Source: an uncultured archaeon
GTDB taxonomy: Archaea > Asgardarchaeota > Hermodarchaeia > Hermodarchaeales > Hermodarchaeaceae
Assembly (NCBI GenBank): GCA_964347045.1
Contig: CAYFXC010000005.1
Span: 27,227 to 91,226 of the forward strand
Length of the DNA stretch: 64,000 nt
Reading direction: 5' to 3'
The translations under genes and the position numbers were made by a program. Numbering within the stretch: the stretch's first letter is position 1; each line of letters begins with the position of its first letter. Shown piece by piece: positions 8,027 through 17,792 of the stretch. The notes beneath the pieces were generated by a model. It ran no database searches. It was not told the origin of the DNA and was given only the letters and a program-made list of their open reading frames with translations.

Positions 8027-9014
8027 TATGTTTTTGGGCATTTTCGTCTATTCCGAGTTCAGCCAGAATTTTATCAATAATATTGCTTGCCGCTCGCTTT
8101 GTCTCCTTTGATTCGGTTACCGCTTCATCTCTGATATCCTCAGGCAGTTGTGGTAATCCAGCAAGTTTTCTGATGATTCCCGAGATTGCATGTTTAGCAA
8201 CTGACTCCTCAGATCCTCCGGATAGCAATACCACCAACCGACCTGAACACATTTCATCCGCCGCCTGTAGTAGAATGCCTGTCATAGCTGGAAATGCTCG
8301 TAGTGATAGATTGAAGCCACCATAATCTAAGGCATGTGCATCATGTCCCATATTCCACAATATTATTTCAGGACGACAAAGCCGAGCCCAGGGAAGTACT
8401 AATCGGCGTACGGCTTCTACAAAGGACTCGTCACTGCTACTGCTGGGAAATGGAATGTCGACATGGTGCATACTAACTGTGTCTATGCTCTCCCGAAAAC
8501 TTGCCTCAAAGTTGAGGTGAAACACGCCTTCATCATGACCAAGTATATCACGTGTTCCATCACCAGGATGGGGGTCTGTATCAACAATGAGAAACCGCTT
8601 TACATCGTGGCCTTGCTGTAAATGACGTACAAGCAACGCTGTATTGTTATAGTAGCAAAATCCCCAGAACGAATCACGGCTAGCGTGATGACCCGCACAC
8701 CCCGTAAATGCAAAAGCGTTCGCTGCTTCACCGACCCAAACGGCCTCTCCCGCTCTAACAGCAGAGCCACCCGATACTAAGGAGGCTGGATCATATCCTG
8801 ACCCTTTCACTTGCTTAATATGGTCAGGCGTATGAACTTTCAACAGCAACCTCTCACTTACTTCTGGGGCTTCTTCAACTCTGACTTGGGCGGAATCGAA
8901 GGTGCCTGTTTCTTGCAAATAGTCAAATGCGGGCTGTACCCGACCGGCTAAAACAGGATATCCTTCGACAGCCATTAAAGGATGGTAAACAACAAGAGTT
9001 GGCTTCTTTTTCAT
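8013..9014 (-). CDS. Histone deacetylase family (Zn-dependent amidohydrolase)
   Basis: GHHA...GFCYYNN, IVDTDPHPGDGT and GHDAH..D motifs. Confidence 0.9.
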   Translation of the reverse strand: MKKKPTLVVYHPLMAVEGYPVLAGRVQPAFDYLQETGTFDSAQVRVEEAPEVSERLLLKVHTPDHIKQVKGSGYDPASLVSGGSAVRAGEAVWVGEAANAFAFTGCAGHHASRDSFWGFCYYNNTALLVRHLQQGHDVKRFLIVDTDPHPGDGTRDILGHDEGVFHLNFEASFRESIDTVSMHHVDIPFPSSSSDESFVEAVRRLVLPWARLCRPEIILWNMGHDAHALDYGGFNLSLRAFPAMTGILLQAADEMCSGRLVVLLSGGSEESVAKHAISGIIRKLAGLPQLPEDIRDEAVTESKETKRAASNIIDKILAELGIDENAQKHIKKS

Positions 9015-9087
9015 AATAATTCCAGCTTACTACATTTGAGCAAAAAAGGATATAACAGGATGTCTTATTCTACAGAACCACCCAAGG

Positions 9088-10296
9088 ATGAGATTTACAT
9101 TGGAAATTCGAAAAATTACAAACAAAGAACGCAGTACGCTCATGGATCTTTACCGGTATGCCTATACTGAATGGTCAGACCAACCAATCAAGAGCGAAGA
9201 GCTGGATGAAATTATTTCTGAAGAGACATTAGGCTTTTTCGAAAACGGGCGATTAATCTCATCACTTCGTGTACATGACTTTCAGCAATCCATCCGGGGA
9301 GTCCTCAAAGATTGTGGAGGCGTTGCAGGTGTAGCCACCTACCCTGAAGCCCGAACCAAAGGGTATGTTCGCCAGTTAATGCAAGCAAGCTTCAAACAAA
9401 TGCGAGAACAAGGGCAATCAGTAAGCATGCTTGATCCCTTCAAACAAAGTTTCTATGAGAAGTTTGGATTTGTCGCTGCAAACGCCGCCTATGTGGTTCA
9501 AGCTCCTATCAAGCAGCTTCAATATTGGAAAAAAGAAAATCAAAGCACTGATTGGACCTTTGAAAGGGTACGAGCTGTTGATGCGAAGGATATTCTGCTA
9601 AAATTTATCCGAGAAGTGGGACCAAAGCAGTATCATGGATATATCATTTTCAAATCTATTCCTGCCGGTATGTGGAAGCAACGAGTGAAAGACAGTATAG
9701 TTGTCTTTGTTCGGAATGAAGGAAAAATTCAGGCGGTCAGTCGGTATAGGATTAAAGGGGAACGGATTCAAGGAAGTTGGCAAAACAACCTTACCGTTAT
9801 CGATAGTCTCTGGCGAACACGTGAGGCTCGAGACCAACTTTTCAGCTTTTTTGCTAGACATCAAGACCAAATTCACAATATCATTATACATGCTCCTTTC
9901 GAAACCAAGGTAGATCACTGGTTTAAAGATGTTCGAATGAAAGTGGAACGAAAAACTACTTGGATGGTTCGATTAGTAGATGTCAAAAAAGCTATTGATA
10001 AGCTTCCTGGAGAAGGCGAGGATATCATCACGCTTGAACTTACCGATTCAGACTGTCCATGGAACAATGGCATATTCACCATTCAATCAGAAAAGGGTGT
10101 TTTGCGTATGACTAAAAGCTCGGGTAATCCAATCGTGAAAATCTCTATTGAAGCGCTTTCCTCTTTGGTTTATGGAACTCAACCTCTCGAAGAAATAGAA
10201 TTCCAAGAAAAAATTACAATTTCAGAAGATTGGGCAAGGCACACTTTGCAAAGGTGGTTCCCCCCCCTTCCTCTGTATAATGTCGTCTACTTCTAA
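9088..10296 (+). CDS. Eis-like GNAT acetyltransferase with C-terminal SCP2-like domain
   Basis: GVAGVATYPEARTKGY, FYEKFGF, RLVDV, DCPWNNG; 402 aa with terminal aromatic residue. Confidence 0.88.
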   Translation: MRFTLEIRKITNKERSTLMDLYRYAYTEWSDQPIKSEELDEIISEETLGFFENGRLISSLRVHDFQQSIRGVLKDCGGVAGVATYPEARTKGYVRQLMQASFKQMREQGQSVSMLDPFKQSFYEKFGFVAANAAYVVQAPIKQLQYWKKENQSTDWTFERVRAVDAKDILLKFIREVGPKQYHGYIIFKSIPAGMWKQRVKDSIVVFVRNEGKIQAVSRYRIKGERIQGSWQNNLTVIDSLWRTREARDQLFSFFARHQDQIHNIIIHAPFETKVDHWFKDVRMKVERKTTWMVRLVDVKKAIDKLPGEGEDIITLELTDSDCPWNNGIFTIQSEKGVLRMTKSSGNPIVKISIEALSSLVYGTQPLEEIEFQEKITISEDWARHTLQRWFPPLPLYNVVYF

Positions 10297-10358
10297 TAGA
10301 TGTACTTACAAGAGGTTTTTTAGGTAGAAACATCATTGAGTGGATTCGCTGGTCTGGG

Positions 10359-10760
10359 GTGTTGTTAATGAGTATTGAACTTCCCTTCGATCAAATCCGC
10401 GAAACGATTAAGCAGCATTTGGTATTTACACCTGACCCAAACGCTCGTACCATTAAACTTGAGTTCAAAGGATCCATTTATGAGGAAATGCCTTTTGGTG
10501 ATATGCTTGAAGATGAGGAGGGGCTAAAACGAATGGCAAAGAACTTCATGGATGAAGATATTGAATATACAGCTGAATCTCTCTCTGAAGGAAAAGGGGT
10601 CCTCCTCCATTTCCAGTCAACCGACGAGTATCAGAAAATGTATAATTTCATCGATGGCATTTTGAACGGAGATCTACTCCAAGAAATCATGGCAAAAATT
10701 ATGAAATCCATGTTTTCGGCTATGGACGAAGATCGCTCTGATTTCGACAATACTACATAA
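10359..10760 (+). CDS. Hypothetical acidic protein
   Basis: 133-aa ORF, likely starting at ATG 10368; co-directional with neighbours. Confidence 0.7.
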   Translation: MLLMSIELPFDQIRETIKQHLVFTPDPNARTIKLEFKGSIYEEMPFGDMLEDEEGLKRMAKNFMDEDIEYTAESLSEGKGVLLHFQSTDEYQKMYNFIDGILNGDLLQEIMAKIMKSMFSAMDEDRSDFDNTT

Positions 10761-10833
10761 AAAAATGCTTAACTCCCCCAAAACAACTATCGAATGGTGT
10801 TCAAGACCTCCAAGCTAAAGGGAAAATGACCTG

Positions 10834-12189
10834 ATGATTCGGAATTATTCAGCTTTGATCAAAGGGTCCACCCAAACCCAACAAGCTAGATGTATTGTCT
10901 TAGACCTCATTAACGCCACTCTGAAGGCCATTGATCCAAAACACCTAGTTCGTAAGGCTCTCAAATACAAAAATCGCTCATTGCATCTTGCTAGGAAGCA
11001 AATTGGAATAAATGATGTAAATGGAATATATGTAATCGGAGCAGGTAAAGCCACGGGACGAATGGCGGAAGCTGTCGAAGCCATCCTTAAAGACCATATA
11101 TCAGGTGGGCTAATCATTGTTCCAGAAACCAACATCAACGACTACAAACTAGATGATGTGCAAGTACACGGTGGGGGACATCCCTTTCCAACGAAATCAA
11201 GCATTAACGCAACACAAGCACTGCTAGCGGTCGTTTCTCAAAGTCCTGCTGATGCACTCGTGATTAGCCTGTTTTCTGGTGGAGGCTCCGCATTGCTAGC
11301 TCTTCCCGCTCCTTCCATCACACATCAAGACCTCCATCAAACCACTAAAATGCTATTGTTTTCAGGATTACCAATTGATCAGATTAACACGGTTCGGAAA
11401 CATCTTTCACAAGTAAAAGGAGGTCAGCTGGCACTTCACGTTTATCCTCGGCACCACTGGAGTTTGCTTATCTCCGATATTCCCGGTGACCAACTCGATA
11501 TGATTGCCAGCGGACCCACCCTACCAGATCCTACGACCTATCAAATGGTATCCGCCATTTTTGGAACTCACCAACTTTGGCAACATGTTCCCCAATCGGT
11601 TCACAATCATATCAAATCTGGAATTAAAGGGCAAAGAAACGAAACACCCAAACCCCATAACCCAATCTTTTCTCAGAATCACCTTCAACTTATTGGAAGC
11701 AACCGTACCGCCTGTGAAGCGGCCCAACTACACGCCTTACAATATGGTATCAAAGCCCGCATTCTAACAACCGACTGTCAAGGCGAAGCTCGTAATATTG
11801 GAACCCAAATCGCCCAAATTGCCTGTAATCTCACAAAATCTAATCACGCCTTCATCATCGGATCTGAAACCACCGTCACCCTAAAACACCCTGGAAAAGG
11901 TGGACGAAACACTGAACTTCTTACTGCCGCCCTACCAGGAATTCAAAACCAAAAAGGACTCATCATTGCAAGTATCTCTACCGATGGCCTCGACGGCAAT
12001 ACTCCGTATGCTGGAGGTATTATCGATGGTTCTTCCTTCTCGCGTGCCTCTATTCTCGGGCTAGACACTGAACAAGTTCTAGAACAAAATAATACGTTCT
12101 CATTATTTGATGCCTTAGGTGACCACATTGATACAGGACCAACTCACACGAACGTTCGAGATCTCACCCTGATTCTTAGAGCCAATTAG
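10834..12189 (+). CDS. Glycerate kinase (class II, MOFRL/TtuD family)
   Basis: GAGKA, SGGGSAL, VRKHLSQVKGG, IASGPT, GGRN, TDGLDG and TGPTHTNVRD motifs. Confidence 0.92.
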   Translation: MIRNYSALIKGSTQTQQARCIVLDLINATLKAIDPKHLVRKALKYKNRSLHLARKQIGINDVNGIYVIGAGKATGRMAEAVEAILKDHISGGLIIVPETNINDYKLDDVQVHGGGHPFPTKSSINATQALLAVVSQSPADALVISLFSGGGSALLALPAPSITHQDLHQTTKMLLFSGLPIDQINTVRKHLSQVKGGQLALHVYPRHHWSLLISDIPGDQLDMIASGPTLPDPTTYQMVSAIFGTHQLWQHVPQSVHNHIKSGIKGQRNETPKPHNPIFSQNHLQLIGSNRTACEAAQLHALQYGIKARILTTDCQGEARNIGTQIAQIACNLTKSNHAFIIGSETTVTLKHPGKGGRNTELLTAALPGIQNQKGLIIASISTDGLDGNTPYAGGIIDGSSFSRASILGLDTEQVLEQNNTFSLFDALGDHIDTGPTHTNVRDLTLILRAN

Positions 12190-12242
12190 TGCAGATTGAC
12201 GCGTAAAAGAGGTAATTTCGGAATTTGTCCTCAAAACGAAGA

Positions 12243-12363
12243 GGAACACTGGGACTTATGGCGGATTAGGCACCTCCATAAAAAGGACACAATTGGAGGG
12301 GAGAGGGAATGGTTTTCTAGGGGGGAGGGAAGTGCCAAGATCTATCGCCAAACCCAATGTTCC
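12243..12363 (-). ncRNA. Candidate structured small RNA, copy 1 (paralog of 37657..37766)
   Basis: Nested stems whose mismatches become G-U pairs on the minus strand; 28-nt core identical to copy 2; TATA TTTAAATA about 22 nt upstream on minus. Confidence 0.65.
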
Positions 12364-12385
12364 CACATACACCGCTCATTTTTGT

Positions 12386-12399
12386 TATTTAAACATTTC
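12386..12399 (-). promoter_or_regulatory. Archaeal BRE/TATA box for the candidate sRNA
   Basis: Minus strand reads GAAATGTTTAAATA, 22 nt upstream of the stem start. Confidence 0.55.
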
Positions 12400-12485
12400 A
12401 TTGTGTGCTACTTTTTAAAATACTTTACCACAATAAGAACCTACGTAACCAGGTATCTATACCCGCTTTAATAGACTTCTAAAAC

Positions 12486-13949
12486 TTATTTAAGTATTAG
12501 ATCTGGAGGAATCGGAAGCTTGGGATGTCGCTGATAGTATTCATAAATCAGCTTCAGGATATCAGCCGCTTCTCCGATATTTGAAAAGACAGGAAGGTTT
12601 GCTTTGCGAAACTGATTGCGTGTGGCAAGATTTTCTAGTGGATAGCCGATGGCTGGAACAGCTACTAAAAAGGGTTTGTGAAGCTCTTTAATGCAATATT
12701 GCCCGGCTTTAATCATCTTATCCCAGTAAAGAGTCGCCATATCCTTCATGTCCATGTGATTTGCCATGAAGTTAACATAATGCGGAGCCGCTTCGATGAT
12801 TATCGCATCTATTTTCTTATCTTCCGCGACATGACGGATTGTTTTTACAGTTTTTTCGGGATAGAAGTAACTGGATGCCATATCAATGGGATTTTTGATG
12901 TTGGTTCCCACTGCATCGATGACATTAGAAAGCGTTTGAATGGTTTCTGGAGAAAGGCGAGGAATTTCAAATCCGTATTGGGCAAGTGAATCAGTTCCTG
13001 CAACGCCTGCCCCACCACTAATGGCAACTAAAGCGACTCGTTTACCCGGTGGTGGTGGGCATCGAATGAATGTAATAACTGTGTTGATGAGCCGTTCAAA
13101 ACTATCCACGGAAACTGCACCTGTTTGGCGAAGGAGGGCATTCCATATATTAGTGGAACCTGCTAGGGCAGCACTGTGACTGGAAACAGCCCGTTTTCCA
13201 GCTCCTGTGACACCCGCTTTCCAGACTACAATGGGTTTGTCTGGAGCACATGCGTTTATGGCTTTTCGGAGTCTCGGGCCATCACGAACTCCTTCAATAT
13301 AGATTCCGATGACTTGTGTTTTGGAATCTTGGTGCAGGTATTCTACGAGCTCCCAACTAGTGATGTCGGCTTCGTTGCCATAGCTGAATACTTTGCTTAA
13401 TCCGAGATTAGTTTCTGTTATAGCAAGATATGCATCTATTGCTTTTCCACCAGATTGGGATACGAGTCCAACTGGTCCATGGTTCGGTTTCAGATCAGGT
13501 CGAAAAGCGAAATGAGTTTCAGGACATGCTAAACCAATACAATTTGGACCAAACGCTCGCATGGGGCTAGCCTTAATTTTTTCCGTGATTTCTTTCTCTC
13601 GGCGAAATCCTTCCTTGGTTCCAAGTTCCCTAAATCCGCTAGCAAAAATTGTGACGCATTTGACACCTTTAGCAATGCATTCATCTAAGACTCCTGGAAC
13701 ATTGTGTGCAGGGACTCGAAGAATTGCATAGTCAACGGGATCAGAGATATCGCTCAAAGATTTGTAAAATTTTAAACCCAAAGCTTCATCAATTTTCGGG
13801 TTCACGGGATAAATCTTTCCTGGAAAGCCATAATTAAGAAATGATTTGAGCCAATAGAACCCGGCTGACTGGCTAGTTCCCACTATTGCAACAGATTTAG
13901 AATGAATGAAGCTTTCGAATTGTTGAAAAGTCTTTGCATCCATAGGCAT
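12486..13949 (-). CDS. Acyl-CoA synthetase (NDP-forming) alpha-subunit-like CoA-binding protein
   Basis: YPVNP, GPNCIG, VSQSGG, GNEADI and AVSSHSAALAG (phospho-His) motifs. Confidence 0.88.
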   Translation of the reverse strand: MPMDAKTFQQFESFIHSKSVAIVGTSQSAGFYWLKSFLNYGFPGKIYPVNPKIDEALGLKFYKSLSDISDPVDYAILRVPAHNVPGVLDECIAKGVKCVTIFASGFRELGTKEGFRREKEITEKIKASPMRAFGPNCIGLACPETHFAFRPDLKPNHGPVGLVSQSGGKAIDAYLAITETNLGLSKVFSYGNEADITSWELVEYLHQDSKTQVIGIYIEGVRDGPRLRKAINACAPDKPIVVWKAGVTGAGKRAVSSHSAALAGSTNIWNALLRQTGAVSVDSFERLINTVITFIRCPPPPGKRVALVAISGGAGVAGTDSLAQYGFEIPRLSPETIQTLSNVIDAVGTNIKNPIDMASSYFYPEKTVKTIRHVAEDKKIDAIIIEAAPHYVNFMANHMDMKDMATLYWDKMIKAGQYCIKELHKPFLVAVPAIGYPLENLATRNQFRKANLPVFSNIGEAADILKLIYEYYQRHPKLPIPPDLILK

Positions 13950-14016
13950 CCCAAGTGATGACTCGTATTATAAGCCGATGGGCTTTGTCATACTATTATT
14001 TTATGCTTCGCAAAAG

Positions 14017-14520
14017 TCAGGATTCCCTGGGTTCTACAAAGATTTGAGGAAGTGCTCTCTCGACTGCAAACATAACAGCAATACCAATAGCACAAAGAAT
14101 GGCTGTACTGATTAGTATTCCAGGCATTAGGAGAAAATATGGTGTGAAGACAAGAAACTGGAGATAGGCAGGAACACCTAACCCGATTATAACAGTTGGA
14201 TATAACCAAGCGAGAATCCAATGGGGACAGGTTTTTCGGTTCATCACCAAAATACCCGCAAGTAAGTTTAGGAGGCTCCCAAAGGTGACATCAATCAAAA
14301 GAAGTCCCCCGAAAATGTTGGCGACGAATCCCCCAATAAATAAAGCAGAAGCCATTGGCCAACCAAAGATAAAAGGGAAGGGTAATAGTACATCAGCTAC
14401 GCGAAATTGGATGCTATAATAACTGAAAGATCCCAACGCAATGGTAACTGCTGCATAAACTGCAGACATAATTGCCATCAAGGCAATGCTTTGTGTTCGA
14501 TTAAATCTAGCTTGTTTCAT
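14017..14520 (-). CDS. queT: QueT family transporter (ECF S-component, queuosine precursor)
   Basis: AVYAAVT...SYYSIQFRVADVL, GGFVAN..G...IDVTFGSL; multiple TM helices. Confidence 0.85.
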   Translation of the reverse strand: MKQARFNRTQSIALMAIMSAVYAAVTIALGSFSYYSIQFRVADVLLPFPFIFGWPMASALFIGGFVANIFGGLLLIDVTFGSLLNLLAGILVMNRKTCPHWILAWLYPTVIIGLGVPAYLQFLVFTPYFLLMPGILISTAILCAIGIAVMFAVERALPQIFVEPRES

Positions 14521-14527
14521 GGTTTAG

Positions 14528-14591
14528 AAACCTCGCAGCCCGGGGTTTGTATATTTGAGCGGAGCACGGTGCGAGCATCCCACCCGCTCAA
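14528..14591 (-). promoter_or_regulatory. Candidate cis-regulatory RNA (riboswitch-like) in the queT leader
   Basis: Two hairpins (UUGAGCGG/CCGCUCAA; AAACCCCG/CGAGGUUU); the second buries the SD GAGGU; CUCGCA in hairpin 1 is complementary to UGCGAG overlapping the SD. Confidence 0.5.
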
Positions 14592-14738
14592 CCATCGCCA
14601 TGTTTTCTATCCTTATATTTGCTTTGTCAGCGCAACTAGCATCCATAAAAAGGAGAAGCGTGTCTGCTTCGAATCCCCAAACTTAAAGCGAACTTCTAGT
14701 TATAAAAGAACTCAATACAGAGTCAATAACAATTAACG

Positions 14739-16670
14739 GTGGGCGACACAGTGCCAATTCATATCGAAGATGACCTGTTTTTTGACGAAAAGAATGTCAC
14801 CCGCAATCCCAACGACCAGTGGTTTGAAAAATACCTTAAACCATATTATGTGCAACCTGTTGATGGACAATACTTGTTTTGTAACATGCAAGTTGGGCGA
14901 CGACCCGATCGGGTATTCTATATGATTTCTGAGGGCTATAAACTAGGGAAGGGTCAACGAACCTTCGATCGCGAGATTGGATTGAAACTCTATGAGGTTG
15001 TCCTTCGTTATCTTCAAACAGCTAAAGTAATCGTTCAGGATGGAATACAAGGGGAAGCGGGATATAAAACTGGGCTCCGCATTGTGCTCAGCGTAGAAAA
15101 TCCACATATTGCATATATTACCTGGTTTGGCCGCTTGATGATCTACCCCCCTGAAAAAGAAATGCAGATTCACTGCTGGAACTACATTGTTCAAGAACGC
15201 CTACCTGACGAGGTAATTAGCAAAATTCGGTCATTTTGGCCGGATTTCGACCCAGAGGAACCACTAACACTCTATGATTTGACTCGAATGGATCAAGATC
15301 ATCGCCGTGTCATGAGTTTACGTGTTGACTATTTTGGCGGGGCTTTTAAGAAGCCGAATCTCACCATGGTTTGGAATCGTGGTGAAGCTGATGGGTGTGT
15401 TTCGTATCACGCTGGTTGTACAAGGACTCGTGTTCTTAAAGGGCTCTCGGGCACGGGAAAAACAACACTCACGGTAGGGCCTCAACTTGAACAGGATGAC
15501 GCCATCCTTGGATTACTCAAATATAATGCAACATCGAATATCAACGAAGTTCAACTCATTGGGCTTGAAGCTGCCTCCTACGCAAAAAGTGAAGGATTAG
15601 TTCCGGATAGCCCTGAGTGGCCTGGTCTCATGAAATCAAAGCAAATCCAGGCCAATGGCTCAAAACCAGTGGTTCTTGCTCAAAACATCGACTGCGAAGG
15701 TATCGAATATCGAATCGAAGAAATCGCTGGTTACGACGTGAAAGTTCCACGACCCCTCGCAGGCCAACAAGTTGGTCATCTTCTTCCCACTCGGTATGAA
15801 CAATCAGGAACCACAAATGGTCGATTCGTCTTCCGATTCTATGATTTGAATCCGGATTGGACACCGGGGTCACCCAAAAAACTTCGGACAGAAATGCTTT
15901 CATTTCGACGATTTGACATCTTTCCCTTGGTTGTGCGTATCACTGATCCCGCCATGGCCGTCGCACTTGATTCAGCCTGCGAGTCTGTTATTACCTCAGC
16001 GATTGGTGGCAAAATCCCGGGTACGCGAGTTCGATCCTATGCCGCAACTGACTTCATGGCCCGCGAACAAAGCCATCAAGCACTCCTTAAACTCAAAATG
16101 TATACTGATATGAACCTTGATTTTGATGGACAATTGGTCTTTGCCATCGTGAATTCAGGTTATGTGGGTGAATATGACCTCTCTGGAAACCAACGGCGTC
16201 GCCTTGATGAGAAAGGGACACCAATAGTGAAAATCGACGAGGCGACAGGTAAACCTTATCTCAACGCTCAAGGAAAGCCTGTCTACTTGGGTCTGGGTGA
16301 AAAAGTCAAAGTCAACGATACAAAACTCCTCGTGAAACTCACCGAAACCCGTGCAATCAAAGCCTGGCTCCCGCATCCTGTCTTCGGAGATGCTTATCTT
16401 ATACCTGACCCCCTTGAATTGGAAGAAACACATGGGCTTATAAATTACCGGCAACGTTTCAATCCACTTCGTTTCTATTCAGCTAAAGAATATCTGAAAT
16501 TTTGTCAACGCGATATCGATGAGCGAACAGCGTATCTTGCAGACCTCTTCTCTGAGCAGGAACACGCAGAGAAGCTTCACTGCATTATCAACGTCTGGAA
16601 GAAAGTTACCCTCCCCTCAGAGAAAGCCGTCCAAAACTTCTATGAAACTCACTTCGGTAATCAAAAATAA
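14739..16670 (+). CDS. pckA: Divergent ATP-dependent phosphoenolpyruvate carboxykinase-like protein
   Basis: YFGGAFKK, YHAGC, GLSGTGKTTLT, QDD, EAASYAK and TTNGR correspond to PEPCK-ATP motifs. Confidence 0.7.
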   Translation: MGDTVPIHIEDDLFFDEKNVTRNPNDQWFEKYLKPYYVQPVDGQYLFCNMQVGRRPDRVFYMISEGYKLGKGQRTFDREIGLKLYEVVLRYLQTAKVIVQDGIQGEAGYKTGLRIVLSVENPHIAYITWFGRLMIYPPEKEMQIHCWNYIVQERLPDEVISKIRSFWPDFDPEEPLTLYDLTRMDQDHRRVMSLRVDYFGGAFKKPNLTMVWNRGEADGCVSYHAGCTRTRVLKGLSGTGKTTLTVGPQLEQDDAILGLLKYNATSNINEVQLIGLEAASYAKSEGLVPDSPEWPGLMKSKQIQANGSKPVVLAQNIDCEGIEYRIEEIAGYDVKVPRPLAGQQVGHLLPTRYEQSGTTNGRFVFRFYDLNPDWTPGSPKKLRTEMLSFRRFDIFPLVVRITDPAMAVALDSACESVITSAIGGKIPGTRVRSYAATDFMAREQSHQALLKLKMYTDMNLDFDGQLVFAIVNSGYVGEYDLSGNQRRRLDEKGTPIVKIDEATGKPYLNAQGKPVYLGLGEKVKVNDTKLLVKLTETRAIKAWLPHPVFGDAYLIPDPLELEETHGLINYRQRFNPLRFYSAKEYLKFCQRDIDERTAYLADLFSEQEHAEKLHCIINVWKKVTLPSEKAVQNFYETHFGNQK

Positions 16671-16692
16671 CCACTTTGTTAAGTGTAATATA

Positions 16693-17442
16693 ATGATTTA
16701 TCGCGATTTCGCAAGCTTGTATGCAACAGGAGATTTCCCTCAATTTAGCGTACGAGTTGCTGAACTCCTTCCTGCCCTTTTTGAGCAATATAACATTCAA
16801 CCCGACACAATCCTCGATCTGGCTTGTGGTGAAGGCTCCTTTGCCATAGCAATGGCTAAACAAGGATTCAAAGTGACTGGCGTCGATATATCAACTGAAA
16901 TGCTCGATTTTGCGTGTAAAAAAGCTCAAGTTGAAAATGTACAAGTTTCCTTTTTGGAGATGGATATCCGTCAGCTCGACCTGAATGCCACCTTTGATTT
17001 GGTGACTTGCTGGTTTGACAGTCTAAACTATTTACTTACACTTGAAGACCTTGAAGCCACGTTTACTCGCACAGTCCAACACCTAAACCTTGGTGGATTC
17101 TTCATGTTCGACATGAACACTATTCACTGGCTAACCACCCTTGCTAAACGTCATTCTGTAACTCTTGAACGTGAAACAGAAGACATCTTCCAAGTGCATC
17201 GTCATTCCTATGATGAAGATAGCCACATTGCGACTTTCAAAATCACTGGGTTCGTTAAAGACAATGACACATGGGTTCGCCGTGTTGACGAAACCCATCA
17301 AGAACGCGGTTACACCCTCGAAGAAATACGCTTATGTTTGAATAAAGCTGGACTACGTGAAGTCGCTTGTTGGAACAGCCTTGAAGAGCGTCTACCCATT
17401 GCACCTGATAGCAAGCGTGTGTGGTTTATAACTCAAAAATAG
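16693..17442 (+). CDS. Class I SAM-dependent methyltransferase
   Basis: ILDLACGEG, GVDIS, FDLVTCWFDSLNY; start moved to ATG 16693 to avoid overlap. Confidence 0.9.
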   Translation: MIYRDFASLYATGDFPQFSVRVAELLPALFEQYNIQPDTILDLACGEGSFAIAMAKQGFKVTGVDISTEMLDFACKKAQVENVQVSFLEMDIRQLDLNATFDLVTCWFDSLNYLLTLEDLEATFTRTVQHLNLGGFFMFDMNTIHWLTTLAKRHSVTLERETEDIFQVHRHSYDEDSHIATFKITGFVKDNDTWVRRVDETHQERGYTLEEIRLCLNKAGLREVACWNSLEERLPIAPDSKRVWFITQK

Positions 17443-17447
17443 TTGAA

Positions 17448-17792
17448 CTATTTTTCCAACGCCAAGGCGTTTTGATAGCTTTTCATTACTAACCCCATCA
17501 CCGCGTTTAATGCAGTGTGATCTTTGACAGGTAGACGAACCCACTTTTTGATGACACGCTGGTTGTGCTCAAAAACTTGCGCACCTGAAACATTCAATGC
17601 ATCTATTCTGTCATTGTCAGATAATCGGGTTAGCACAACACCATTGGCTACAAGGAAGGCGAACAATTTCTCTTTTACTGTGTAGCTTGGGCACCCAAAC
17701 ATTTTCTTTGTCGCCACATGGGGGCACCGCAAAATCTCCTCTTCAAATTCTTCACGAATCATCTTCATTTGGCTCTCAGAGTAGAATTTCAT
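17448..17792 (-). CDS. TfoX N-terminal-like small protein
   Basis: KKMFGCPSYTVKEKLFA...KKWV motif; start uncertain. Confidence 0.6.
   Translation of the reverse strand: MKFYSESQMKMIREEFEEEILRCPHVATKKMFGCPSYTVKEKLFAFLVANGVVLTRLSDNDRIDALNVSGAQVFEHNQRVIKKWVRLPVKDHTALNAVMGLVMKSYQNALALEK

Noticed and set aside
12196-12471. 91-aa ORF between glycerate kinase and the CoA-binding protein
   Set aside because: No protein-like features; overlaps the structured repeat, whose second copy has no equivalent ORF
14590-14602. GGCGAUGG start resembling a fluoride riboswitch
   Set aside because: The rest of the crcB-motif consensus is not evident and the downstream gene is queT
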